Shown here piece after piece: positions 1-15,472 of a stretch of DNA of 64,000 bases. The position numbers and the translations under genes are program-made. This stretch comes from Fistulifera solaris. Taxonomy: Eukaryota. Within the stretch, counting starts at the first letter, position 1, and every line of letters starts with the position of its first letter. Where the stretch lies: positions 62,001-126,000 of the forward strand of contig AP026180.1 of the NCBI GenBank assembly GCA_030295235.1, written 5' to 3'. The notes below the pieces were generated by a model that saw only the letters and a list, made by a program, of their open reading frames with translations, was not told where the DNA came from and made no database searches.

Positions 1-1177
1 CGAGAAGCCATACCCTTTAGTAGTTCAAGGGCTCGAGATCGAATTGTAACGTCTTGATCCGACAAACAAGCCAGAATCAAGGGGCGGTAGTCGGGCGCAC
101 TTAATACCTTTGGGTGCGACTGCATCAACGAAGCAAATCCGACCAATCCAAGATATTTCAAGTTTTGATCTTGCTGTTCGACAAAATCTCTCAGTGTTTG
201 CGCGCATAACACAACAATCTCCGACACGATGGCCGGCATGGTTCCATCACTCTTACGACTGTAGGGGAGGCACAAAGTTACGGTGTGAACCGCCTCAAAA
301 AGTAACGATTTTGCCTGTGTGGTTCTCACTATTTTTGCAAGTGGTTCTAGCAATTTACGAGCAAGACGAGGCTCCTCTGGTACCAGACTCCCCAGCAGTT
401 TCACGACCTTGATAAGCATCCAGTTATTGCTCGAATTGGTCAAGAGATCGAAGAACGCTGGAGCAAGATGTAAATAATTTCTCGGGTTTTTGTCGCTTAA
501 CTCCGTAATGACATTTACAGCGCAGGAGACGACCGAGGGGTCGGAATCTTGCAAGCTCTTTTGAATATGTTCAAACGTTAAACGTAAACCCTGGGGATAC
601 TTTACGAACACTTTGAACAAACAAAGAATAGCCTTCTTGCGCAGATATGGCTGAGAGTGTTTCGTGAGGTGAGTTATCTCCGGCAACAGATCCTTCGCTA
701 GTTCTTCCGTGACAATATTGGAAATGCAATTCACAGCGAGCCCCGCCTCATACACCCCATGCATGCCGACGCCAACCGCTCCTCGCAACTCTTTCTTAAG
801 CAGATTGGTTGTAAGTAATATAACGTCAGTGTCTTGAGTGAACCCTTGGCTCTAAACAGAACAATAATAGTGAGTTTGGAAGCGACCATCAATCCGACAT
901 GAATTTAAAGTGTACGTACAGCGGCTAGATAGCCAATCCGTTTGTGAGCAAATCGAGGAGAGCTCATAACTTCGATGGACGGAAAAGACGCCCAGTTCAT
1001 GCTATACCCCATCATTTGCAGAAATGTCAATTTTTGTAAGGCATTCGCTTTGACATGCATATCACTGGAATTGATTTCTGATTTGATCTCAGCGATGCAC
1101 TGACTGATGTAAAGCGCGGTATCGCGTTTGGAGGCGCGTATACCCTTAACAACATCCGTCAACGTCTTTTCGAACAT
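1..1177 (-). CDS. AP3D1: AP-3 complex subunit delta (adaptin N-terminal region), 3'-truncated by the window edge
   Basis: MFEKTLTDVVKGIRA...KANALQKLTFLQMMGY...HKRIGYLAA, then GT-AG intron 852..919, then SQGFTQDTDVILLTTNLLKKEL. The frame continues towards position 1. Confidence 0.92.
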
Positions 1178-1973
1178 ACTAATATTTAAGGGAATAGCGT
1201 GTTTACATTCAGATAGGATTTCCGATCAATAGAGCTGCAGAGAGCCGCAACATTTGCGAAATCAAGTCGCAATAACCGCGAGGTGCAAAAATCCGTGCAG
1301 CTGACAACAAAAGGCAATAAGCATGGGCAAAGATTTCTCGTTTTACTTAATCAAGACTGGGTACCGCTTGAGTACCGGTGGGTAAGGCTTGGTTGCTTTC
1401 TCCGCTCGCGCGCCTCGAGTGAGTCGTCAAATAATGATGAAATATTGAGCCATCTTGTTTCAAGTAACCCGGTAGTCTGAAACTTAGATCTTTCATTTAA
1501 TAAATCAATGTATTAACTATTTGGGACTGCAATGCAGTCGAGCCCCCTGGTCGGCCATGCTATACGAAATCCGGGTACAGGTAAAGCCGATTTTCACCAC
1601 TTCCAATTTCCGTAAAGTCAGTTACCTTGGTTTTACATCGTAAATACCAACAGCAGTATACAAATCATATCCCTCTTAACGGTCTAAAAGTGTTCCCTGG
1701 CTAATTTCTTTGATAGACGCAGAAGAACTGTCCACTTCGAACTTTGCTGGTGCTAAGCGTTTGCAGTTTGATAAAAGGCCGTAATGGCGTGCATGCTGGT
1801 ACTACCTAGCGTCATCAGCTCGGCATTAGTGTTCGAACAAAGACCAACCGACTCAACGTGGCCGGGCCAGTTAGGCTGTTCGCTTGGCTGGCGCTTCCAA
1901 AAGGAAACGGACACGAACGCGATCATTGAATCCTAGACTCATTTGCACTGCATCACATTTCAAGCTTATAGCG

Positions 1974-2044
1974 GAGCCAGTAAGCCGTGTCTGCTAACTG
2001 CGCTTCAACGGCTTCAGCTCTGTGATAAGGTTTGCGTCAAAAGG
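1974..2044. repeat. Degenerate ~70-bp direct duplicate of SNF1 coding segment 2167..2235, lying downstream of the SNF1 stop
   Basis: gagccagtaagccgtgtctgctaactgcgcttcaacggcttcagctctgtgataaggtttgc vs gagccatcaaggcgtgtctgctggctgcgcttaacgtcttcagctctgtgataatgtttgc, offset 193 bp. Confidence 0.75.
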
Positions 2045-2092
2045 CAACCAACTAAATCGAGCTTATTGAACATCGGACTCCTTTGCAACGAC

Positions 2093-4431
<2,339 letters not shown>

Positions 4432-4911
4432 CGTTGCAAATGATATCTCGGTATACGAGGACAAACAAAAAAGTAAGGGCAAACGACGCGATGCGGACGA
4501 GTGTTGCGTGGGTCTGGTTGCAATGCAGGTTGCAAAGCGACGATGCAAGCTCGCTGTGCGGAGCGAAAGGACGAGATCCACTCGACCGCCGAAGTACACT
4601 TTTATGCTGTGTAGAAAAGACCAAAGACATTAGTTCTAGTTAAAAGCTGATAGTAGATCTTCTCCATCACATTCTACGCTCAGAAAAATTGTCGAAATTC
4701 GAAAAGTGCCAACTGGAAAAGGCGTTACTGTAGGATAAGAAGTAGAAACAGCGAACACAACACAACCAGCAACCAGCAAACAAGCTCTATTTCCAGAATT
4801 CCGGATTCCTTCCCGCTTCAACCCGTAACTCTAACTGAGGACGCCTCACGAGACCACGAGATCGAAAACTTTCGTGTGTTTTGCGAGCATAAAATAAAAA
4901 CAACAACGACC

Positions 4912-7900
4912 ATGGCGTCCTCTCGATGGAAACGCTTTGCGTTCTTTGAGCGCAATCAGCTCAACTTGAATGCTGAAGTGCTAGAGGACCTTCTTCCGAG
5001 TACTTCGAACGCTTCGGGTCAGAAAAGCCCTTCGTCCGAGACGGAGGCTGGCAATGATTCGGTATCTCTTGTAGCGACGACAGCGTCGCTGACGATTGCA
5101 TCAAAACCCCCTCCAAGGACAAACACCCAAGAATCAACAGAAGAAAATGCCATGGCTGCAATGTGGGCTTCCTTAACTGTTTGCACATCCCCAGAGCCCC
5201 CCTGAAGGCGTTGAGCATGAAAGGAAAAGTTTTACCATTTCTCGTCAAAACGAAGCCATTCCAGATCATGCCACAAGATCAAAATCGTTCCTAGATGGGC
5301 TTGTTCTTGCTTTTGCTACGTCAGCACATACCGACTTAATTCATTGTATCGATATTACGATGAGGTGCAATCCGCCGCTGTCGTCGGAAATGGATGTAGA
5401 CAGTTTTGACGGCTGGAGAGGATATTTTTCTCCTTTTCTGAAAGCTCCGCCGGGCCCGTGCCGGCCGCCAACTGTGGAAAGTGACCGTCTAGAAGAAATT
5501 CCTACAGAAAAGGTTGTTGCAATTTCTTGTTGCCGCGGCACATCAGGTCACAATCCAGTGATGCTAGCTTGCATCTCGAAGAGTAATGTCACATTGTGGG
5601 AGGATCCGCATTTGCATTTGTCATGCCGTCTCCCAGTAAAGACCCCGCAACCTCCCACCGAACCCAAAGTTTATTCTTTGCAGAAAGAGTGGAACAATAT
5701 GGATGGCGACTGCCTTTCTGTCGATGTCATTCCTTCTCTTTTGGCTGTGGGAACCACCAGTGGCGCTGTGATTGTATACGCCATTAAGTCGACCGGGCGA
5801 CTCATTCGCAGCTACCTTCGGATACCGGCTCCTCCTGCGGGAGATAGCGCTGCTGTCGCTGTCAAACTTTATGCAGAGGGCGAGCAGAAAGCAAGTGTGT
5901 TTGTAGCATACCGACGCAACACGGATGCATCGTCGCAAGCTTCATCGGGAGTTTGCTGTTACGAATTTCCCTTTCCAAATCCTTCGTCTTCGGCAATGCT
6001 CTCTGCCCCATCAGCTCGACATGATTTGGACGGTCGATCGGTCGGATCCGCGCGCCACACGGATTCTATTATCAGCGCAAGCGGTTTGCAATTCATGGTC
6101 GTAAGTGACGCTTTGACGTGTTTTCTGCTGCCCTCAATTCCTTTGTGTCACATGTCAGCTTACACGTGATCTTTTCAACTCATGCTTAACCCAGGCGCGG
6201 CTAGATGGACTGTACTCATACTCTAAAACTGAAAGGATTGGGGTAGCTCCTATCGATGGACTAAAGCTTTCTCTGTCTTTGATACCCCCCGCGGCTAGTG
6301 CCACACCTGATCGAGAAGATGGCGATCGAGTTGGCAATGGGTACGCTCTTGTCTCGTCGACTGACTCAAAATCAAATCGTGATTCAGTCGATATCTATGA
6401 CGCCGACAACAAGTTAGTAGCGTTTCATTTACTCCTTCCACCGGGACATAGTGTCCTACGATCCGCGGGCATCACCACTAAACCAACACTGTCTTCCGAT
6501 GGGACACATCGGCCAGGGAGGTCTTCTGCTGTTGTGTTCACATCGGGTGGTTCATTGGTTACATTTCGTGAGAAGATGACAGCTGAAAAAATATCCCTTC
6601 TTGTCCAAAAGAATCTTTATTCGGCCGCTATCGTTGTCGCTTATGCCGATCCGGCATACGAGGCAGATAATATTACCAACCTGTATCGACAATACGCCGA
6701 GCATCTTTACGGCAAAGGTGATTTTGGAGGCGCCATCGATCAATACATACACACCATCGGATCACTAGAAACATCCCACGTTCTGTACCGATTCCTTGAC
6801 GCCCCAAAGATTGCATACGTTGTTCGTTACTTGGAGCAATTACGTAGTCGTGGCCTTGCAACACCAGTTCACGTCGAGCTTCTCCGGACATGTTACTTGA
6901 AGCTCAATGACCAAGCAGCAGCAGACGCACTGGGTTCTACTGGTTCCCGGCTAATTGACAAGAGCTCTTTGGCAAGTATCATCGCAAAAATAGGAATCAA
7001 TCCCAAAGAGGCAATTGCGAATGTTTGCTCGCTCGAGGCGAGTCAAGCAGCCGAGATACTTGTCATCCATGGGCTTTCTCTTGCACGCGTGCTTCCACGA
7101 GAAACGGCAGGATTGGTTATATCGCTTTGTGTTGGGACATACTCGTCAAAGTCTCTGGCAAATGCTGCTCTTCTGGAATCCATTGATTTGAAAAAGATGA
7201 TTGATAGAAAGGTGGACGAAGCGGAACAGATTTCCAAACCGTATCCTGTTCACCTATTCGCCCCAGCTTTTATCGAGAACCCGAAGATTCTTCGACTAAT
7301 TCTTGCTCACTGCAATCGAAACAAATGCCCGCTGACTCCGTCGTTGCGGCGAACCCTTCTTGAGCTTTCTCTGGCAGAGTGGAACCAAGCGAAACGCTCA
7401 GGCGATACAGAAGCTGAAAAGCTTCGTCATCGCGACGCAATTGCGGTAGGTATTTGTGTTTGCTACTGCATCTTATACGAATTAATCTCACATTTTCCCG
7501 TTTGTTACCAGGCTTTGACCGATTCTCATTGTCGAGATATAGGTGATTATGATGCGCTGGTGATTGTACAGCAGGCAGGATTTGAAGAAGGCGAGTTGCT
7601 TTTGTACGAGCGTTTGCAGATGACGCCAATGCTGCTTGAAAGATACGCAAACGAGGGCAGCGAGAAGTCTCGGCGACAGATGATTGCGATGTGCAAGGCC
7701 GATCCGGAAATTCTAGCTGATGTGCTAGGTCACCTTGTCTCCATGGCTACGCAGAGATTAGCAAGTGTAAGATCATGCTCTTGTTCGGTTTGTTCGAAGT
7801 TTTTTCGCTTCTAACTATCCTTTTAAGCATCCGAGCGGTTTTCACAAGGACGATGATTTCGGAGACGAGATGTTGCATGATATCATGGATGATATTGAAG

Positions 7901-8372
7901 AAACGTTAGCTTTAGCTCGTCGCCAGCGCGTGTTGCCTCCCTGTTCGTATCGCGAGAATACTGGCGGGTGAGTCCAGCGGTCAGTTCAGCACGCAAGACA
8001 AAACCCGTGCAACGTCAAAAACCTCGATCCCTTTGTCAGTCGCGCTGGATTATGTGGGCAATATACTGGATGAATCGCGCAGAGAAATACAGCGGCTTAC
8101 ATCAGAGGTGGAGGAGTACAATGTTATGTGCCATGCGATGGAGCAAGAAATTGAAAGTCTCACGTCGGACACGCGGTCTCCTATTGATGACGAGAAACAC
8201 GCGCCAAGAATGAACATCGAAGAGCTCTACGCCCGCGTTCGGGCAGACGAGAGTGAAGTGGGTAAACAAACTAGTACCAAGCCTACGGAAGCTTTTTTGG
8301 CGAGATATGAATCAATCTGAAGACAGTTTTGATGTGATTGCGAGATATTTTGGAAAAGGAATAATACAATAA
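4912..8372 (+). CDS. VPS11: Vacuolar protein sorting 11 (HOPS/CORVET core subunit)
   Basis: N-term MASSRWKRFAFF; EKISLLVQKNLYSAAI...YAEHLYGKGDFGGAIDQYIHTIGSLETSHVLYRFLDA; C-term FDVIARYFGKG*. Introns 6101..6194, 7446..7511, 7767..7827. Homopolymer indels at ~5200, ~7940, ~8295. Confidence 0.88.
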
Positions 8373-8474
8373 CTGTTCCGTAGAATCTATTTTGATTTTG
8401 CAAAGCAAGTCTATCAGGCATGTCGTCCTCACTTAGTACACTACTGATGATTATCTACACGGTACCAAATATGA

Positions 8475-10258
8475 TTAGGCTTTAACACTCATAACTGCAT
8501 CTACAAGCTCCGCCTTCTTCAAAGGTTTGCCGTCAGAATCGACAGCAGTTGCTCCCTAGCAGAAGTGATTGATAAGCGGCGATGATTGAATGAAAAGCAA
8601 CCGAAACTGTCATGACTTGAGACGTACCTTTGCCTCCAGATATTCCATAAGATCTTTGATCGTTTTTCGATTCAAAGTAGACACAGTCAATGAACTCCAG
8701 TCCTCCCCATTGTTATTGTCAATCTCAACTGAAGTTGGTTTTGATTTTGCAGCGACGGCCTTTTTAGGTGCCTTCTTTGTTGTCGTCGCTGCTTTTTTCT
8801 GTGCAGCAGCCTTTTTCGGTTTGGGTTCGTCTTCAACGACTTCTGAGACCGGTTCTTTCGCAACTTCTTGAGGAACTTCCGCGGTCGGTTCTTTCGCTGC
8901 TACTGGTGATTTTTTTCGGGGCAGGTGCGCTGGGCTGAGAAACGGCGATTTCTACGGGTGCTGCGTGCATCGACTCGGATAGTTCCTCTTTCATACTCGT
9001 GATAGCGTCCAAGCTTTCTTTGAGATCCGAAACAGCCACCGTCAGTTGCTTCACTTGATCTCGCAAAAGTTCCTGCACACGAATGATTCAAGAAGCGAAT
9101 CAGTTAAGAGGAATGAAACATCACACACACAAATCACATTGCAATACACAAACATAAAAGTCGTACATTTTCTCCCTGTAAAATCTCAATTTGCTTGGCT
9201 TGCGCCGCGTTGGTTTCCTTCGCCAGTTGCAATTCTTCCGCAAGCTCCGCTTCCAGCGCACGACCACCTTGCACCGTGTCCAAAAACAGTTTCATTTCCG
9301 TGCGGACCTCTTCCAAATCACGATCCCGAATTTCTTTCTCGGCCTTCATTTCGTTCAATTCCTGGACCAACGAACTTAACTCGGGCGCGGTAGAATCACC
9401 AAAGATACGAAAGTTTTGCAAGGCGGGAAGGTATCCCAACGCAATGAGCGTAAAGAACGCGGTCCAGTACCAAGTTTTCAATTCTTCCTTGTTGAGGACG
9501 TCCAGATACTGTTGCATTTGCCAATTCGGTTGAGTCGACAATTCGGCTAGCTGTTTCATTGTTTCTTGAAAGGCGGCTTCGGGAAAGGCAATGGCGCTTT
9601 GCAAGGCGGGTTCGAGTTTCGGAATGTTGACCTTTTGCAGATTGTTGTTGACATATTCCCATAAAAGCGGAGCGTTTCCGTCGGAAGCACTACTATCGCC
9701 CGCCAGCGATTGAAAGCTATCACGAAGATTTTGTGCCATCTTCTGGACGGTTTGCGGGGAATAATCGAGTTTGGGATAATCTGCCGTGACCGTGAATTGG
9801 TTTTGCATGCTCTGCAGGCTATCACGGAAACTCTGGGCCATATCCTGACTTTGTTTCAACAAGGCTTCCGTATCGATGGACTGCGCTGCTGCCTCGAGGC
9901 CGTTTTTAAAATCTTCCGTCGCTTGTTGCGCGGCTTCTGTGGTTTTTGCCGTATTTTCGACGGCACTGGTGTAGACCGCATCCGGAAGGAGCGAGTCGCT
10001 CGTCTCCATGTTGGGCAAGGTCTCGGGCTGAAACTCCGGAATTACTAATTGCGAAGCACTCGAGCCGTCTGTCACAGGTTCGCTGGCATAAACGGGTGCT
10101 TTGGGCTTGGCACCCGTCAAAAAGAACTTCAAGCTGTCGTTCGATTGCACATTTAAATGGGTTGCTGGTCGCACTAGGGGATGCAGAGGTTGAAAGGCGT
10201 GCGACGACGAAGACAGAGCTAATGCAAAAGCAAGTGGCGACAAAAATAGTAAAGTCAT
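8475..10258 (-). CDS. Hypothetical plastid-targeted protein with one TM segment, coiled coil and C-terminal SAP/Rho_N/HeH-like helical motif
   Basis: Signal peptide ending SSSHA-FQPL (ASAFAP-like). TM WYWTAFFTLIALGYL. Introns 9073..9166 and 8556..8627. C-term DWSSLTVSTLNRKTIKDLMEYLEAKG...KPLKKAELVDAV. One indel near the T8/G4 run ~8910-8921. Confidence 0.65.
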
Positions 10259-10761
10259 GATGATTAGCTGTTTTTTTTTTGAAGAATCAATCTCTCAACG
10301 CGGAATTCAATATGAATGAGGACGTGGTCGATGCAACGAAGGATGCGTAAGAAATCAGTAAAAGGGTTCGAAGTTGCGGTGCGTCGAGAAGATACGGACC
10401 GCAAATAGAGCGGCGTTTGTCCATGGTGTTGACAAGGTGCGCATTGCGCGTGAAAGGTCCACGTTGAAACAAGGCAAACACACGCCAGCCGAACTTTTGT
10501 TTATTCCGTGAAATTTTCTTCTGCAATAGCGTTGACCAGACTACTCAAAACGCCATACAAGCCGTCTTTAAATAATCGAGTGGTTGATGTCCGAAGATTT
10601 GAATTTAGCTCTAAATAAGCAATACAAAAATGACCATTAGTATTTTACTGTACCGATGCGATCTCATGACTTCAAGGAAAAGCAAAGAAGAACCTGTTTC
10701 GTGACTCACGATGATTCACGAGGACAATAAGAGGGGTCATTTTCTCGTTTTCTGCCATTTT

Positions 10762-11690
10762 ATGAAGACCATGAGGATCCATGGAGCGCGGAGGCTACGC
10801 TTCTTTGTTTTAGGATTCATTTTATTAGTTTTGCTCCGATCAGCTCTCTTGTTTCTGCAAGTAAATGAGCAAACGGAAAGCGCGCCAACAGAAGCCTGGG
10901 AACCTGATGGTATTTTACACAACAACAACGTCAACTCGACCCATTCGAACGAAGCCGCTCTATCGACCATCCATCGTAGCCCATTGGATCAACTGAAAGT
11001 GCCCTACCCGATTTTACACGTTTCTCTCCCAAAAGTGGAACCACGAGCATATCGCGGTATTTCTATTGTGGCCAAATTTGGACGGCACATACGTTTGCCA
11101 ATACTATCGGCACGACCCATAAACAGAAACAAATGCGCGTGGGGCACTGTTATCTGAACAATGTACAAGCCGGACGTCCTCCATTGCAAGATTGTGGAAA
11201 GTACAAAGTATGGAGTGATTTGGGACATCCCCGTGGAACTCCCTGCTACTATCCGTCGGTACACGGGCTCGATGCATTTGTGAACGCCTATCCGAATGCG
11301 ACGATTCTGTTAGTGACACGGAACAGCACTGCCTGGAGTAACAGTGTACTGAAGTGGAAAAACGGAGACCTACTTCGAAAATGGCGAAGATGTGACAAAT
11401 TTCCTAATAAGCAATCTTCCGAGCAGGATCTGGTCAAGTTTTACGAGTGGCATGCTCAAAACATTCGAGAGTTTGTCCAACAACATCCGTCCTTGACGTA
11501 CGTCGAAGCGTCACTGGAGGATGAAGATCTTGCCGATCAATTAGAAGCAAAGATTGGAGTGAACGCGTCCTGTCTGGGTCATCATAACAGTCACGAAAAA
11601 CGGCTCAAACTAAATCCGAAATTTCGTCAACAATACTTGGCGGAGCAAGCTCGTCTCAATCAAACGAGCTTGAATGACCCGACAGGCTGA
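10762..11690 (+). CDS. Type II membrane sulfotransferase-like (P-loop fold) protein
   Basis: N-terminal TM FFVLGFILLVLL. Restoring one base at ~11030 gives SLPKSGTTS (PAPS-binding-like) in frame with ...YPNATILLVTRNSTAWSNSVLKW. Confidence 0.7.
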
Positions 11691-11866
11691 AGCAGACATC
11701 GACAGTACAGGGGGAGTCATACGAAGTGTATGGCGACCACTTCTTTCATAATTCATAACGTTTCATCACTAGAGAATATACCTCAATATTAGTAATCTCG
11801 CTTTAAACGCCATTGTTTATAACAACGAACTCAATACTGCAACAACCAATTACTAGAAACGATTCT

Positions 11867-13638
11867 TTATATTCGAAACGTTAGAGGACTATGCGAAGCC
11901 TCAGAAGAATTCCTAGTTGCTTGTTTGTACATCGTTCGGAAAGCATTCGTTCCATCAACTCCGCTCAACTCATGACCGTGATACTCTTTCGCCTTGGTAG
12001 CGGTGTAACTCGTCATGTGTCCGTAGTATTTGCGAGCTAGGTCCACATTCAAGATATCTTGACCCGTAATTGTTCCACGGCAATACGGAGTCTTACATCC
12101 ACAGGTGAAGGGCTTCATTTCGGGAAAGTAACCAACAAATGTGGCATAATCCATACAAATCTCTTCTCCGACGGCAATGCGCGTTTTGGCAACCACATTC
12201 AAACCCGAAGGAGCTTCCAACCAACAGTTCGGATCGCAACTATGGTTGATAGGACGCCAATCATCCGGTTCGGGCGACCACATTCCGAACAATTCATCGG
12301 AAAGAGGCCAGCAATACGCCCCAAAGTTGTCCCAGTTGCGCATATCAAAAGCACTTTCGTTGTCCTCATTGTGCTTTCGCCATTTCTGCAAAACACGCTG
12401 CTTGGACACAACGTGCAAAGGCTTCTCCTCTAGGTCAAAGATGAGATCTCCGGGCTCCAAGTCCTTGGTCGCAAAGATTCCCCACGATTCACGGAGCGGA
12501 TCGTAACGCGCTTCCGACACCTGCGCATTGCGCTCTTCCCAAAGACGACGCGCGACTTCGACTTGATTCAAAATAAAAGTCGCGTGCGCTGCCACGGGAT
12601 CCATTTTATCCAAGATAAAGTCCGCCGAACCGTAAAAGCCCTCTGGGTAGAAGACCCCGCAATTGGGATTGATCTCTAGAAAAACGAGTTCTTCGCCCGA
12701 CGGATCGGATCGAACATCCAATCGACCGTATCCCCGTCCTCCGATCGCGGCAAAGACTTTACAAGCCAGTGTTTTCAAACGCTCGGCCAAGTCCGGCTCG
12801 CGGACGCTCGTCCAGGTAATGTTATCGTAGTCGACCCACTTCAAGTTGTAATGCTTGAAGTCTTCGCCTTCACCAAAGCGACATTCGACCGGTTCGTACG
12901 CCACGACTTCCATCGTCTTGTTGGGTACTTGTGCCGCAAGAACCGTAAATTCGCGCCCGACGATGAATTCTTCCACCAAGCAACCTCCATAGGTTTCGAG
13001 CATGCGCCGACACTGCAGTTCCAAATAGTGAACAGTGTGCACTTTTGATTCTTTCGTGAGACCGACACTCGCGTAACTGGAAAAATGTTTCACCAATAAG
13101 GGAAAGGACAACGGGTGCTTTGCGTCAGTGTACTCGGTCAAAAGTTGACGTAAATCGTCCTCATTGTACACGAAACGCCAGGCGGGAACGCTGACACCAC
13201 ACGCGAGGGCGACTTGTTTCATCTGCATCCGCGTCGGTTCAAAGAAAGACATTCCCGCTCCCGTGAATGGTACATTGAGTTTATTTTCCAGCAAGCTGAA
13301 ATGACGAGGAGTGCTGAGAATCGTCGGAAAGTTAGCAATGCGCACGACCCATCGACCGCAATTACTTACTCGACGACTTGAATTCCTACCGACGGCTCAT
13401 CCCATGCTCCATCGCACAAATTGATAAAGCAATCAATTTCTTTTTGTTCGAAACGCCGCGCTAACGCAATCAGTGTGCGCGCGTAATTGTGCGGCGTCAA
13501 CGATACGACTTCGACATCAATGTGATCGTATCCCGCCCGCTGCAAATGCTGCTGAATGTCGGCGGGAGGATCGTTTTCGTCATACTCGCATCCTTTCTTG
13601 TCGGAAGTCAAAACACAAAGGCGTTTCGGTAATTCCAT
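11867..13638 (-). CDS. D-Ala-D-Ala-ligase-like ATP-grasp domain fused to SET/post-SET domain
   Basis: FINLCDGAWDE, intron 13296..13369, VPFTGA, FPLLVKH..SYASVGL, LVEEFIVGREFTV, GYGRLDVR, FLEINPNCG. Then SET motifs WGIFATKDL, INHSCDPN, GEEICMDY and post-SET CGCKTPYCRG. Confidence 0.88.
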
Positions 13639-14574
13639 GATTGTGACAAGGAGGAGAGGAGATCGAAAGGAAAAGAAGAAGAGTCAAAGAGAGCGACGAC
13701 GGATGATTGATTCTTCCGCAGCAGACGGGCAATGCGGCGCGAGATGGCATTGGTGAAAGAGGCAATCTGCGCAGCAAACTCGAGCGAGAGAAAAGAAAGG
13801 GTTCTGTTCTTTGTTTTGTTCTTCACGGGAACTCTTTTCCGAACGACGACCTCGCGCCAAATGCAGTCACGGATGCGGACGGTTCGGACCACGTCTGAAC
13901 CGCATCGAGCGCCCGCTGTCTCGTTGATGCTCCACAAGGTGTGTTGTGTTGATGGCTTTTCAATTTTCCATTCGTCCTGCAGTTGAACCCTTCCTATATT
14001 CTACTTTAGAATTGTTCGCCATGCAAAATTACGGAGCACCGGTAAGCTTTCGCTGACACTAGTTGGTGTGTGCCTCGCACGACGCATACCAGGTAGCGCA
14101 AATTTTTGTTCATAACGCCGCATCAACCGAAACTATTTGAATACATAAACCAAGCTATATAACTGAGGCAGCTACACTTGCGCTGTGGTCGTCGATATAA
14201 ATAGTTGTTGCGTTTTTGTCGCATGTCATGGTCGACGCGATGAGATGATGATGATGATCGAGACAAGGAAAATCAAGGAAATAAGATCGAGAGGCTTACC
14301 TGGTAGGACCGCTGTGACATCAGAAACTTCGGTGCGAATGAATTTTCGGTTGAGAATGAGGTGCGTCGACGGGAAAATGTTTCGACGATGAATTCAAAGG
14401 AAGTGATGAGGCGATATTGATGCAAATAGAAGCCTTTGTAAGCTTATTGTAAGAAGCGATAAGAATTATAAGATGTTGTTGTGGTGATTTCACGTTTCCA
14501 CAAAATCTGGCCTAGTGGTGTTTTCACATACTCAGAAAATCTGGAGGATCGCTGTAATCACTTTTCGATTCATA

Positions 14575-15220
14575 ACTCTTGACTGAAACTCAGTCGTGTT
14601 CTTCATAAACTATCATTTTGGGTCTATAGTAAATACGGAAGACAACTTTTCGCAAGACTCTGGGACTTAAACGTGTATGTAAACGCTTCTAAAGACTATG
14701 TCATTGCAGTGAAGACAATGGAACTCCAAATATTTTGCTCAACGAACGAGTTGTAGGCAGCATTGTCGGTCGAAGAATATTCATTCATGACTGAAAGGCA
14801 GTCGTGGCGAAAACGGACATCACTTTGGTCCATAGTAAATACGGAATACAAAGTTTCGCAAGACTCTTCGACGTAATATACATAAACGCGTTACGTAAAC
14901 GCTGCTAAAGAGTAAGTCATTGCAGCAACGACAATGGAGTCCAAGATATTTTGCTCAACAAACGACTTGTACCTGGTAGCTGGTAGGCAGCATTGTCGTT
15001 CGAAAGAATATTCATTCATGACTGAAGTGCAGTCGTGGCGAAAAACGGACAACACTTTGGTCAAAAGTAAATACGGAATACAACGTTTCGAAAGACTCTT
15101 CGACGTAAGATACATAAATGTGTTATGTAAACGCTGCTAAAGCCTATTTCATTGCAACAACGACAATATAGCTCAACAGAGTTTGGTGAACGAACAAGTT
15201 GTAGGCAGCATTGTCGATTG
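14575..15220 (+). repeat. Tandem array of ~3 degenerate ~210-230-bp units (hairpin-core repeat family, locus 1)
   Basis: Recurring blocks gactgN5cagtcgtg (cagtc at 14591, 14799, 15030), agtaaatacggaa, aagactct, aaacgct.ctaaag, gacaat, gtaggcagcattgtcg. Confidence 0.85.
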
Positions 15221-15472
15221 TCAATTGACGTCACACTTTCGATTATAGTAGATGAAGTTGTACTTACCAGTAAGTTATAGAATCAGACGGAAATTCTGGA
15301 GTTGAGAGCGAAGTAATTCGAAGGAAGATGATAATGACGATGTGATGATGAGAAGTTGATGCATATAATTGCAATCGACTGATATTACTGTTGTTGTATA
15401 CAACAATCAATCCCTCTCTCTTGCTTATCAAACTTTTTTTGGCTTCCGAAGCTTATCGTCAATCGTCACAGA

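Noticed and set aside
1827..1837. TAGTGTTCGAA matching the left TIR of the 36-kb MITE
   Set aside because: No partner TIR, TSD or subterminal motifs found nearby.
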